36,048 nt of DNA from NCBI GenBank assembly GCA_002811645.1, contig PDIP01000046.1, positions 144,753 to 180,800 of the forward strand, in the 5' to 3' direction. The position numbers and the translations under genes were made by a program. The DNA is from Corallochytrium limacisporum Hawaii (lineage: Eukaryota > Protista > Pluriformea). A model generated the notes under the pieces. It made no database searches, had not been told where the DNA came from, and saw only the letters and a list, made by a program, of their open reading frames with translations. Positions 1-9,331 of the stretch are shown one piece after another (position 1 is the first letter of the stretch; each line of letters begins with the position of its first letter).

Positions 1-1220
1 AAATATATATTACTCAATCATGATTAAAAAGAGTGATCGGGGTTCTCGTTTTCGTGCGATTTGTCTCATACTTAGGAGACAGAGGGTGGTAGGTACGCCG
101 TTCTGATGTAGAAATGAATGTAGAGAGGCTATGTTACAATACTAGTTTCCACCGACCACGTAACCTTCAGTGCAGGCAGATAACAGTAATTCTATGATTA
201 AGCGACACAATACTCCGACTGGGGAAGTGAGTGTCTTGCGCCATACACCAGCCAGTGAGGGGCGTGAGCAGCGGAGGGAAGTTCAGGGAAGCAATTAAGA
301 CAGTTGGTTTCCTCGTAGGCCGACTTTGCCGAGCTTGCTGTGCACGTCAAATGATTGTGAATGGAGAAGTTCAATGCATGCCCCAGATGATGCACTACCG
401 TACTCAGAAATTGTTGAAGTTTGCATTAAACAACAGGACAAGAATGATGAGCGCTTCAATTAAATGAAGAAATCGTTGCTGACTTATTTGTGTCATCGGC
501 GAGGCGATGGACTGGCGGAGCAGCATAGAGATCCTTTCGCTTCTATTGGAAACCGAAATGCCGAAGAAGGGAACTTTATTAGAACCACCGGTACACCGGG
601 GCACGAACGAACGAACTCTAGGACGTGAAGAAAATTTTGAAACGCTGTCATTGACTGTCAGAAACAGTAACGACCTGCTGATACACGGGAGCGGGAGGTT
701 GAAAACGACTGGGCACATACACGCCACCGCCCAAACCGCCGAACGCTCCCTTCCGAATTCAGAGCGCACTGTGCCAGTCCCTTTCCACTGCTGAGGAGTG
801 GGGGCCGGACCGCTTCTGCTGATTGGGGGCGAGTTGTGACAGGCTCTGACTGGGCACACTCGTAGGAGAACACCAAAAGAAGGTGGGGCGGGGTGTTGGG
901 GAGAAGAGGGGGAGCGGGTTTCGGACTGCGATTCGAAAGTTGGAGTTGATACAAGTTTCACGTTCGAATTAACGGTCCTTTGGTTTCCATCGCAGCAATG
1001 AAATAGACAATTTGGAACCCTTGTTTTTCCGTTGTTCTGAATTAGTTTGTTTGATGTCTGCTGAGCAAGGGAAAGCGAGTCATTTTGGATCGATCAGGTA
1101 TAAAAGGATCGGGTGATAGTGCGCGAATAATTTGAATAATATCTAGCTGTTACCTTTAGCAAAGCCTCACACTTTTGAACACTAATATTTGTTTTAGCTG
1201 AACAGCAACAAAGAAAAGTC

Positions 1221-1643
1221 ATCGTAGACTTCTTAGAACGCACCTCTGAGGCCAACATCTTCTACGCCTCCCTTTTCATCTGCTATATTTGCTGGTGGGC
1301 TGCTGTGGTCGTGATCCGTACGCAGCAGGTTGAGGACGAAGGTGGCCTGGACAACAAAAACCCCCGGGAACAATATGAGCGTCTTTCACCACTTGGCAAG
1401 AGGGCAGTTGCCACCATGACCAATCATAACGAGGGCTATACTTGGTTTGCTTCTGCGGCCATTCTCAACGTTCTGATCCGCGGTGAGGTAACCGGGGGTA
1501 TTGCCTACCCAGCCCTGGCCTTTGCCATCTTCCGAGTAATTCATCTTGTCGCCTATCTCAGCGATGTGCCTGCTATCCGTTCCTTGTCCTTCTTCATCAC
1601 TGGAGCGATTACTATCTTCTTCTACATCTACCTCTTTGTGTAA
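1221..1643 (+). CDS. MAPEG-family small membrane protein (microsomal GST-like); true start unresolved
   Basis: The frame is open from 1179 (after TGA at 1176) to TAA at 1643. It reads IVDFLERTSEANIFYASLFICYICWWAAVVVIR, then DNKNPREQ...GKRAVATMTNHNEGYTWFASAAIL and FRVIHLVAYLSDVPAIRSLSF. This matches the MAPEG pattern N..PR...RA...N..E...F plus R..H...Y...RS, with four hydrophobic segments. The first in-frame ATG (1416) lies after TM1. Confidence 0.75.
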   Translation: MVDFLERTSEANIFYASLFICYICWWAAVVVIRTQQVEDEGGLDNKNPREQYERLSPLGKRAVATMTNHNEGYTWFASAAILNVLIRGEVTGGIAYPALAFAIFRVIHLVAYLSDVPAIRSLSFFITGAITIFFYIYLFV

Positions 1644-2348
1644 AGCGGGGCGCGGTCCGTAACGTACATGAAAACATCCATTGCATCCGACACATCTTCC
1701 ATATTCCGGTAAATAAAACTACATATTTCGCATATACACAGCAATTACTAACGTCATGAATGTATTGTAGCATCTTGAGGCTCAAAAGCGACTGTGCATG
1801 CGCAGAAGAAAGAGAAGGACCAGCGGATAGGCTCAAGCTTTGCAGTCATAGGAAGCAGGACGGGATTGACCCCCCCTCTCCCGCAAGGCTACATCGGGTC
1901 CCCTGTGTAAGGAAAGAATTCCTTGCTACCGCTGTGGTTTTCGCCTCGCCAAACAAAACTAGGCCCCCTCAAAGCCAGTGGAAGGTGGTACGATAGTTGA
2001 ATTTTACGCGCCAGCGGTAGAAAGCGCAATTTGTGAAGTGCGTGCGGTATGTTCAATATGAAAATCAGTGCCCTACCGAAAAAGTGCGCTCGCCCAGGGA
2101 GCGGGTCTCAAAGGGGCAGGGTGCTCGTTTCTTTCAAAACGCTCTCTCGGTCTCACTGGGTTGCGCCCTCTGAGTTCAGGTAGAAAGGAATGCACACTGT
2201 GAAATCATGTACACAACGGTGAATGGCGTACTTTGTCATAATGGACATTGTGCGTGTACTATTGACATCCCTGTGACTCAACGATCACCCTATTGAAAAC
2301 ATGTTTCGACGACACGGCACGGGATGACATAGGTTCTATCGTTCTAGA

Positions 2349-4367
2349 ATGTGGATAGTTAAGAGTGAGGCCTTTGATCAGGTGCTTCGCCGCGCGGACG
2401 TACAGAAAACACATGTGTATTGGCCCAAATCTGGTGTGACATTACACTGTGGACGAGGCGCTCGGAGTGATATCCGGATTTCGGGCGCTCACAGAACGGT
2501 TAGCAAGGCACATTGTGAGATAATTTATACTCAACCTGACAGTACCGGAACACGTTTCGTGCAGATCAGAAATACTGCCCCACACGGAACCACTGTCGAA
2601 TATGGGGGGAAGACGCGAAAACTGAGTGCTCCAGGGGATGTATTGACGGTGACAGAGAAGGATGCAACAGACTTCAATATTTTCCTTGTCTCTGACGTGC
2701 AGATGAAACTGATACACCGACAGCTGACCTACAGAATCGCGCGCAATTATAAGGCAGACGAAGATGAACGAGCCGCACTCATCAACTCACTTCGCGTGCT
2801 TGGAATCAAAGAGGCAGGAAAGAGTGAGGAGGCGACATTTTTAATCACTCATAAGCTGCAGTCAACCAAACGGTTCTGTCTAGCGTCTATCACGGGTGTG
2901 CATATTGTGACCCCTGAATTCTTCATGGAATGGGTCGATGAGGAAAAAGGATTACAACCACGACCTGCACAGTTTATACCCGTACCTAAGCACAAGGATG
3001 GTAGAAAGGCTGAGCGATCGCTCCTCAACACTATCGGTTCCAAGGTTTTGGGAACCCTGAATCGGGGCATCAACTATGTGAGCGATACCCCGTTTGCTGG
3101 ACAGACAGCGGTGATCCTGAACATGAAACCAGGAAAGGCATCCGAAGATACCACGCAAGACATCATGGCAGCCATCTGGGAGAGAGCTGGAGGCAAGGCA
3201 GTTTTGATAGGAAACGAACAAGAGTTCAAAGAGTCGATGAAAGGAAAGGATGGTGAGTCACTGGTAGTGCTTGTCACCAGCAGTGCCGCCAATGCTTTGC
3301 ACGGAAGCGGGTCGACATTGTTAAATTTTGTGCTGCGGTCGCTACGCATTCCCATTTCTGAGGACAGTATGATCTTTGACATGCGGGCGGTGATGGATTT
3401 CATTGTAGATACAAAATTGGTGGACACAAAGCCAAAGCTGCCATCCGGCACCTTACTGACCACGACTAGTTGGACCCTGCACGGCGCACCCACTAGTGCA
3501 GAAATAGTAAGTAGCACAACTTCACCCGTTACCCTGGCTGTGCAGAATCAGCGGTCACTTGGTCCCATTTCTGAAGAAGCATCGCAGGCAATGGAGGTTA
3601 TGCCAGCGGTAGTACGCTCTCCGCGCCGACGACGCGCAGCATCGAAATCAACACAGTCTCACGCTGGTGGTGTCCCACTGCGCAAAAAGTCTTCCCATGC
3701 CGAGGACGTGCGTATGGATCTGGAACGACACCAGAACGAGCTCAAAATCTACGAAGATCAGATCAGGGAATCAGTACAAGACCTGCGCGGCATGGACGAT
3801 CACACTTGTGCCAGCATCCAAACAGAAAATCCAACAGGGAGTCCAGCGATTCGCGAAGATGGCGTTCCAAAGATCCCGGTGAAGGTGAGGACAATGACAG
3901 TCGATGACGGCTGGTCCGGTGGCACAGTTGCACAAGGAGGAAACCAAAATCCATCGCAACTGGAAACACAGCAAATGTCAGAAAGCGTCGGTGTATCACT
4001 TCCTGGGTCTTCAAAGTCCACAAAGCGTTTTCGTCGTAAATTGGGGGTCTGGTCTGCTCGTATGCCACTAATGGATTTCAACAATGTCAGCTTTGTCAAC
4101 ATCACGTCCCACAAGACCGTCGAGGAGACCATAGTCATTCGAGATCCTCACAGTGGGCGACAGTCTGGTTCGAAGAGAAAACTCGCTGCCAATGACACGA
4201 CATTGACTATGTTTGATACCAGAACCCAGTCGAACAGAATGCATAGGCAGCCGCAGGTGGGCGACCGTGATGAAACTGAAGTTACGGCAACTGCTACTGA
4301 AGGCAGTCGCCGTCCCCGGAAGTCCCGGCGGCCAGCAATTAACCTTGATGGATTTGGATGGTTGTAA
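2349..4367 (+). CDS. NBN: Nibrin/NBS1-like DNA-damage protein (FHA-BRCT-BRCT, disordered tail with Mre11-binding-like motif)
   Basis: FHA signature (CGR...TVSKAHC...NTAPHGT). BRCT1 ATFLITHKLQSTKRFCLASITGVHIVTPEFF resembles NBS1 THLV...T.K..CA.I.G..IV.PEYF. A BRCT2 start is at PFAGQTAVILN. C-terminal TKRFRRK resembles the NBS1 FKKFKK Mre11-binding motif. Confidence 0.72.
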   Translation: MWIVKSEAFDQVLRRADVQKTHVYWPKSGVTLHCGRGARSDIRISGAHRTVSKAHCEIIYTQPDSTGTRFVQIRNTAPHGTTVEYGGKTRKLSAPGDVLTVTEKDATDFNIFLVSDVQMKLIHRQLTYRIARNYKADEDERAALINSLRVLGIKEAGKSEEATFLITHKLQSTKRFCLASITGVHIVTPEFFMEWVDEEKGLQPRPAQFIPVPKHKDGRKAERSLLNTIGSKVLGTLNRGINYVSDTPFAGQTAVILNMKPGKASEDTTQDIMAAIWERAGGKAVLIGNEQEFKESMKGKDGESLVVLVTSSAANALHGSGSTLLNFVLRSLRIPISEDSMIFDMRAVMDFIVDTKLVDTKPKLPSGTLLTTTSWTLHGAPTSAEIVSSTTSPVTLAVQNQRSLGPISEEASQAMEVMPAVVRSPRRRRAASKSTQSHAGGVPLRKKSSHAEDVRMDLERHQNELKIYEDQIRESVQDLRGMDDHTCASIQTENPTGSPAIREDGVPKIPVKVRTMTVDDGWSGGTVAQGGNQNPSQLETQQMSESVGVSLPGSSKSTKRFRRKLGVWSARMPLMDFNNVSFVNITSHKTVEETIVIRDPHSGRQSGSKRKLAANDTTLTMFDTRTQSNRMHRQPQVGDRDETEVTATATEGSRRPRKSRRPAINLDGFGWL

Positions 4368-4422
4368 GCGGAGAGCCAATTGCGTGACTTAGTGTATATG
4401 AAACAAACTACGCAATAAAAGT

Positions 4423-5703
4423 CTATATTAAATCGCCGTTTTTGTCGGCATTGTTCCCTTCACCCTTGGCTTCTTCACTGTCAATGCCAACGTCTACGTC
4501 CTCATCATTCAGCTTTTGGTACCCGTTTCGACCATTGGACTTCTTGCCTTCTCCACTCCTCACGGTCTCAAGAGCATCATCATCGTCCACCGCCGGAAGC
4601 GCATCCATTTCCATGCCTTCATCGGAAACGGCAATGGCCGTCAAATCGCCAAGTGATTCTGGTAGCATACTGTACTCATGACCTGCCTTACGCCGTTCAT
4701 GCTCATCCTTGTCGCGTCCGTGCCTGGAGTCGGTGATCTTCATGTAGTTGTAGACAGCAATACCGGACGCACCAACGAACAGGCCGCTAATCTTCAGGGC
4801 CGTGACCTCCTGGTTCTCTGCATAAAGAGAGAGCAGAACGGTCGTGATTTCCTTTACTACGCCCATGATGCTCAAACTTATGCTTGATGTCACGCCGAGC
4901 AGACGGTACTCTGAAAGATTCATGCAGAAGGCCAAGACCGCACCAAGCAGAATAAATCCCAATGATTGCAGGAGCACGGTTGTGCCATCACCTAAAAATT
5001 TGGACCCTTCATCATCGTAGTGTGGTCCTTCCGTGGCCAGTGCCAGTGGCATCAAAGTTACGCCCATAATTGGCGTAATGTAGAAGAGCACATTGACAGG
5101 GTTGGTCAGACCCAGGGCGCCCTTGTCCATTAAAATCTGCGCCAGCACCCACCGCAGACCGCTAAATATCGATGCTCCTAGGGCAACTACCAAACCCCAG
5201 AAAGTAACTTCCACGTTGCGAAAGCTGAACATCATCACTCCCGCGCTGACCAAAGTGACAATGAGAAACAGCAGAGGACGTGGACGCTCCAGTCCAAAAC
5301 AAATGGCAAACATCAGCAGCCACACAATCGTTGCTGACTTGCACATAGTCACCAATCCAACACTAAAATATAGGAGTGAAGCATTAGTTAAGCCAATATC
5401 TAGCGCTGCTGCCACAGCCGCTGGTGCAACGTTTCTGAAGACCTGTCGCACCGTTAGTTCAGGGGGAGCCGCCTTGCTACTCTCCAACGCATTGATCCTC
5501 ATGACTGCACGGACGCAGCCCGCGGCCAAAAAATTCAGGACCATGTGACAACCTGTGTAGGTCAGAGGAAAGGCAAATCCCCATGTGTGCAAGAAGAATT
5601 TGTTGTAGAAATTGAGACCGATGCTAGTGGCAAACCATCCTAGCATTGGCGGCCCGACCCGCAGAGCCATATGAAGGATTGTCTGCGACGTTGTTTCTGT
5701 CAT
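4423..5703 (-). CDS. SLC35C2: SLC35C2-like nucleotide-sugar transporter (TPT/DMT family)
   Basis: About 10 TM segments. Motifs SIGLNFYNK...FAFPL...H, ALDIGLTNASL...TMCKS...FAICFGLE, SGLRWVLAQIL, LAFCMNLSEY and GVVKE match SLC35C2/YMD8-type proteins. The C-tail is acidic. Confidence 0.85.
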   Translation of the reverse strand: MTETTSQTILHMALRVGPPMLGWFATSIGLNFYNKFFLHTWGFAFPLTYTGCHMVLNFLAAGCVRAVMRINALESSKAAPPELTVRQVFRNVAPAAVAAALDIGLTNASLLYFSVGLVTMCKSATIVWLLMFAICFGLERPRPLLFLIVTLVSAGVMMFSFRNVEVTFWGLVVALGASIFSGLRWVLAQILMDKGALGLTNPVNVLFYITPIMGVTLMPLALATEGPHYDDEGSKFLGDGTTVLLQSLGFILLGAVLAFCMNLSEYRLLGVTSSISLSIMGVVKEITTVLLSLYAENQEVTALKISGLFVGASGIAVYNYMKITDSRHGRDKDEHERRKAGHEYSMLPESLGDLTAIAVSDEGMEMDALPAVDDDDALETVRSGEGKKSNGRNGYQKLNDEDVDVGIDSEEAKGEGNNADKNGDLI

Positions 5704-6604
5704 TGTTCCCTTTTAAGTTGTTGGGTTTCTTCTAGCTAATCTTCTTCACGCACGATTGACATGGTCGCTTCTGTAAGTGTTTAAATTCGCAGACAACTTC
5801 CGTTTCACTCCTGTTCATGTCATCTCGTCGTCGTTCTTAGGCTTAGTGTCCGTTTCGTCGCTGTTCTAAGTGTCTGTCTATATGTTTTGTCTATAGGGTT
5901 TGATCCTGCCGAATACTTGTCCAGTCTCTTGCTGCTGCTTCAATTTTTCTAGAGAAATGGCAATTTTAAATACCACCCGGAAATTCATCCATCGACTGCG
6001 TGACCTCGAAATTCGATGCGGCCACAGCACAAATGCAAACAGCAGGCTGAAGCGGCGAAGACAACAAGAAGGGACAGTGTCTCGGGCCGATGACGGGGAG
6101 GGCGGGCGGTGGTTAAGTCTGACCTGGTCAGAGATGGGGCCGTAGCCGCAGAAGGGTTCCATCCCCAAGGATGGGCGACGGACATCCCCAGGGTCTTTCA
6201 AGGCTGCGTGCCGCCGGCCAAGCGGCAGTGTTTGTGGGGGGGGGGGGAAACGACTGTGAGTGAAACGGAAGAGATTGCTTGAGGGACCCCGGACCAGGGG
6301 GTAGCGTCCGAGTGTGTACACGAGTCAAGCAACTTGACTTGCGACCGGCATCGCACTGACGATCAACGAGACAGGAGCAAGGGGAAGTTCCGGAAATTGT
6401 AACGACGGAAGATCTAGTCGCAGGACCCGGTGAGAGAATAACAAATGAGGAACGAGATGCGTACAGAATCCTGATATTGTTCTCCTCTAAAGATTGAAGC
6501 CGAGAGCGTTCAAATTTAATACGTTGGTAGTGACAACTACAGCCACAGAATGGGTATCGAGAAAAAGGTTGATGGTCGATGGTGGTCTGCCCGATGTGGG
6601 TTCC

Positions 6605-9331
6605 TTACTTCATTTTTGCCAGCTTCCACACCTTTAGTTTGAAGCCAAGGAACTCAGAGATGACCGCACTGAATGCGGACAGAACCAAAACGCGTACAAT
6701 GTTGAAGAGTACCGGATTCATACTCAGCCCCGCAACCTTGTAGGGTGATTCAATGTCCTTAAGCAGCTTTGTGGAGACGTTGAGGACATTGTTACAGATG
6801 GTGATCTCGTCCTTCTTGTGGGGGGTGCGGGCGAGCCGCAACTGTAGGTTGATCTGTTCTGCCATTAGGGGCAGACTATTGGTGTACTTCTCGTTGATAG
6901 CGGAGCCAAGTGTGAGGAAACGGAGCATGTGAATTGACATGATGGTCGACGCCACGAACAATTGCCAATTGGCCAGGGATCTGAGAAACACACCCTCCTT
7001 CACACTCATGACTTGGAAGCTCATCGTGAAGAGTAGCAATAAGCCGTGCAAGAAGGCGTTGCTGATGACTAAGTCAATGGCTCGCTGTGGGCCCTTGCGC
7101 TTCAGAAAAGACCGCAGGCTAAGCCACATTTTGATGTTCCGCACTTTGCTCAGACGGAAGTATGGTAGACCGTACTGCGCTGCCTTGCGGCTGGAGGTAA
7201 GGGCCCTGAAGAACTTCGCGTCCAGGAAGCGATGCTTATATGCATGTTCGGCTACGGCTAGAGCAGTGAGGATCATGCTGACAACTACAGTGCAGGCCAG
7301 CATGCTGGTCACCACAATAAACATGCTCTCCCAGGTGTAGCCGAAGATAATGTGCCATGTAGTCACCACTTTCATGATGATATCGGAGACCAAATGGCGC
7401 AGGAATTGATGGTTCACTATCAATCCGCTGGGATCAATGATGTGAGCAAACCTCGTGAATATGTCATCGGGTTCCAGATTTCCACGCCACTGCATAATTC
7501 GGTCGTAGAGCGCTTGGTTGGGGCGCAGGATAGCGGCTGCAGTCTCATTGCTTGCAGTATACAACCGGAACAACGCTGGCGTCAGGCCCACTAGAAGCGC
7601 ACCAGCAAGAGCAAAGGCCAGAGAATATTTTGAAATACTCTCTTTCATGACGTGTGCACGAATTACACGAGTCAAGCGCGGCAAATCAAACTCTTCCTTA
7701 ATGAAACCGCCACTGGGTGCATCCCACACCAAGGCATTCACCTTCACACTGGCAATGTGTGTGGAAGGCATATGAGTGGCCAAACGAGCGTGGAATTCTG
7801 TCTCGAGAGGACTTTGAAAGGTCTTCAATGACCGGCGAGTCTTTCCTTGTGCAGTGGAGCTTATCATCGAGGTTATCGATCCCATACTGTCCGTCCGGGG
7901 CATAGCGTACAAGGTACCTGAGCCCGCGCGCTCTAAGTTGGAGACGGGAAAGTAAAGTCCATTCAACCGTCGCCCTGTCATTGGCCCCTTCTTGACACCA
8001 CTCCTCTTGCCATTGCGCTTAGCTACGGCCAAGTGGTCCGTATCACTCAGAGCGGACCGATGCTCCCGCTCATCAACGGAGAGGCCCATGCTTCCCAAAT
8101 CTCGCCGCATCGGTACATCGGTGTGCGAGCCGCCATCTGCATCCTCAGATTTCACCGGATCGAGTGCAATGCTTTCGCTTACGCTGAGTCGGTTGTGTGG
8201 GGAGCGGCTCCGGGCCGTACCATTCTCTGTGGCCGACATGCTCGTCTCATCAACCGTTTTGCGTTGGACACCATTATCTTGGGACGTGCCGAGCGTCGCT
8301 CCGTCCTTATCATTTACCATACCCACGCTCTCGATAAGTTCCTTCGTATCCCGCCGGAAGGGTTTACGCAGAAGCAGATTGGCGGTTGTCGATGCCGAGT
8401 GCGATTCAGTGTCCGCTGAAACAGTGGCCTCAACTTTAGTGTCCACAGTAGTAAAGTTGAGGCCACGTTTTCGGGGCGACCACTTCATCCTTATGCCAGT
8501 CCGCTTTCCGGTACCATTGATCTGCACTTGATTTCTATTATCTTCAAGGACCACGTTTTTCCGTCGCTTCTCAAGTGTCAGATCCATGTCGCTAGTATGC
8601 AGCCGGGACATTGTTGCAAGATTTGTCCCGCGTGTCGGAGAGCTGGTCCTGCCATTGACTTCGCGATGATTCTTCGGCTTGGTCCGTTGACTCTGCTGTG
8701 CACTTTCTGAAGCACTGTCTTCAGGCTCGTAGTCACTCTCGCTTTCGCTGTCACTGACACTTTCGCTTTCCAATGCATCTTGATTGTTGTTCTCCTCATT
8801 GTCATCGCCCTCCCCAGAGTCATAGCCATCCATGGCCCGGTTGGACATTGGTACCTCGTCACCGTTTACAAGCACGCTGCGTGTTCCCTTAATTGATGCA
8901 TAGCAATATGCTGCAAAGCCAAGCAGAAGAAATGGGAACAAGACCTCTGATTCCTGTATAAACGCCAAAGGATCTCCGGGCAAGGCAAAATAAAACATTG
9001 TAGACACTAAATGACAAATGTACACAAAGCTGAGAAAACCAAAAATCTCAGGTGAAACTTCTCCACTCCAATAGGAAGGGAAGAACGGAAATAGGAGGAA
9101 CCGCAGGAACAATCGCCATCTCGGTGCCGTGTCCTCTTTCCGATAGATTTGACCGAACGCAGAACCTTTGACAAAGTCGAGGTCAATGGCATCTTTTGGC
9201 GCTTTCTTCCTTGCTATTCGCCTGATTCTCTCATGCCCAGTGTTCTGGGCTTCTATTGTTTCGTAAACCTCCCGGTCATAGGTGGCGACCTTATCCCGAA
9301 GTGTGTTGAAATAGGCACCCACGAACGCCAT
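6605..9331 (-). CDS. PHTF: PHTF-family multi-pass membrane protein
   Basis: N-terminal YDREVYE...IDLDFVKGSAF and C-terminal FRLSKVRNIKMWLSLRSFLKRKGPQRAIDLVIS, LGSAINEKY and LKDIESPYKVAGLSMNP...RVLVLSAFSAVISEFLGFKLKVWK match PHTF1/2. The start is placed at the first ATG (9331) rather than the upstream TTG. Confidence 0.9.
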   Translation of the reverse strand: MAFVGAYFNTLRDKVATYDREVYETIEAQNTGHERIRRIARKKAPKDAIDLDFVKGSAFGQIYRKEDTAPRWRLFLRFLLFPFFPSYWSGEVSPEIFGFLSFVYICHLVSTMFYFALPGDPLAFIQESEVLFPFLLLGFAAYCYASIKGTRSVLVNGDEVPMSNRAMDGYDSGEGDDNEENNNQDALESESVSDSESESDYEPEDSASESAQQSQRTKPKNHREVNGRTSSPTRGTNLATMSRLHTSDMDLTLEKRRKNVVLEDNRNQVQINGTGKRTGIRMKWSPRKRGLNFTTVDTKVEATVSADTESHSASTTANLLLRKPFRRDTKELIESVGMVNDKDGATLGTSQDNGVQRKTVDETSMSATENGTARSRSPHNRLSVSESIALDPVKSEDADGGSHTDVPMRRDLGSMGLSVDEREHRSALSDTDHLAVAKRNGKRSGVKKGPMTGRRLNGLYFPVSNLERAGSGTLYAMPRTDSMGSITSMISSTAQGKTRRSLKTFQSPLETEFHARLATHMPSTHIASVKVNALVWDAPSGGFIKEEFDLPRLTRVIRAHVMKESISKYSLAFALAGALLVGLTPALFRLYTASNETAAAILRPNQALYDRIMQWRGNLEPDDIFTRFAHIIDPSGLIVNHQFLRHLVSDIIMKVVTTWHIIFGYTWESMFIVVTSMLACTVVVSMILTALAVAEHAYKHRFLDAKFFRALTSSRKAAQYGLPYFRLSKVRNIKMWLSLRSFLKRKGPQRAIDLVISNAFLHGLLLLFTMSFQVMSVKEGVFLRSLANWQLFVASTIMSIHMLRFLTLGSAINEKYTNSLPLMAEQINLQLRLARTPHKKDEITICNNVLNVSTKLLKDIESPYKVAGLSMNPVLFNIVRVLVLSAFSAVISEFLGFKLKVWKLAKMK

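Noticed and set aside
440-485. Box C (ATGATGA, 444) and box D (CTGA, 479) with a 3-bp closing stem; also SECIS-like ATGA...AAA...GA
   Set aside because: Only 28 nt lie between the boxes, there is no recognisable rRNA guide, and helix pairing is too irregular for a SECIS.
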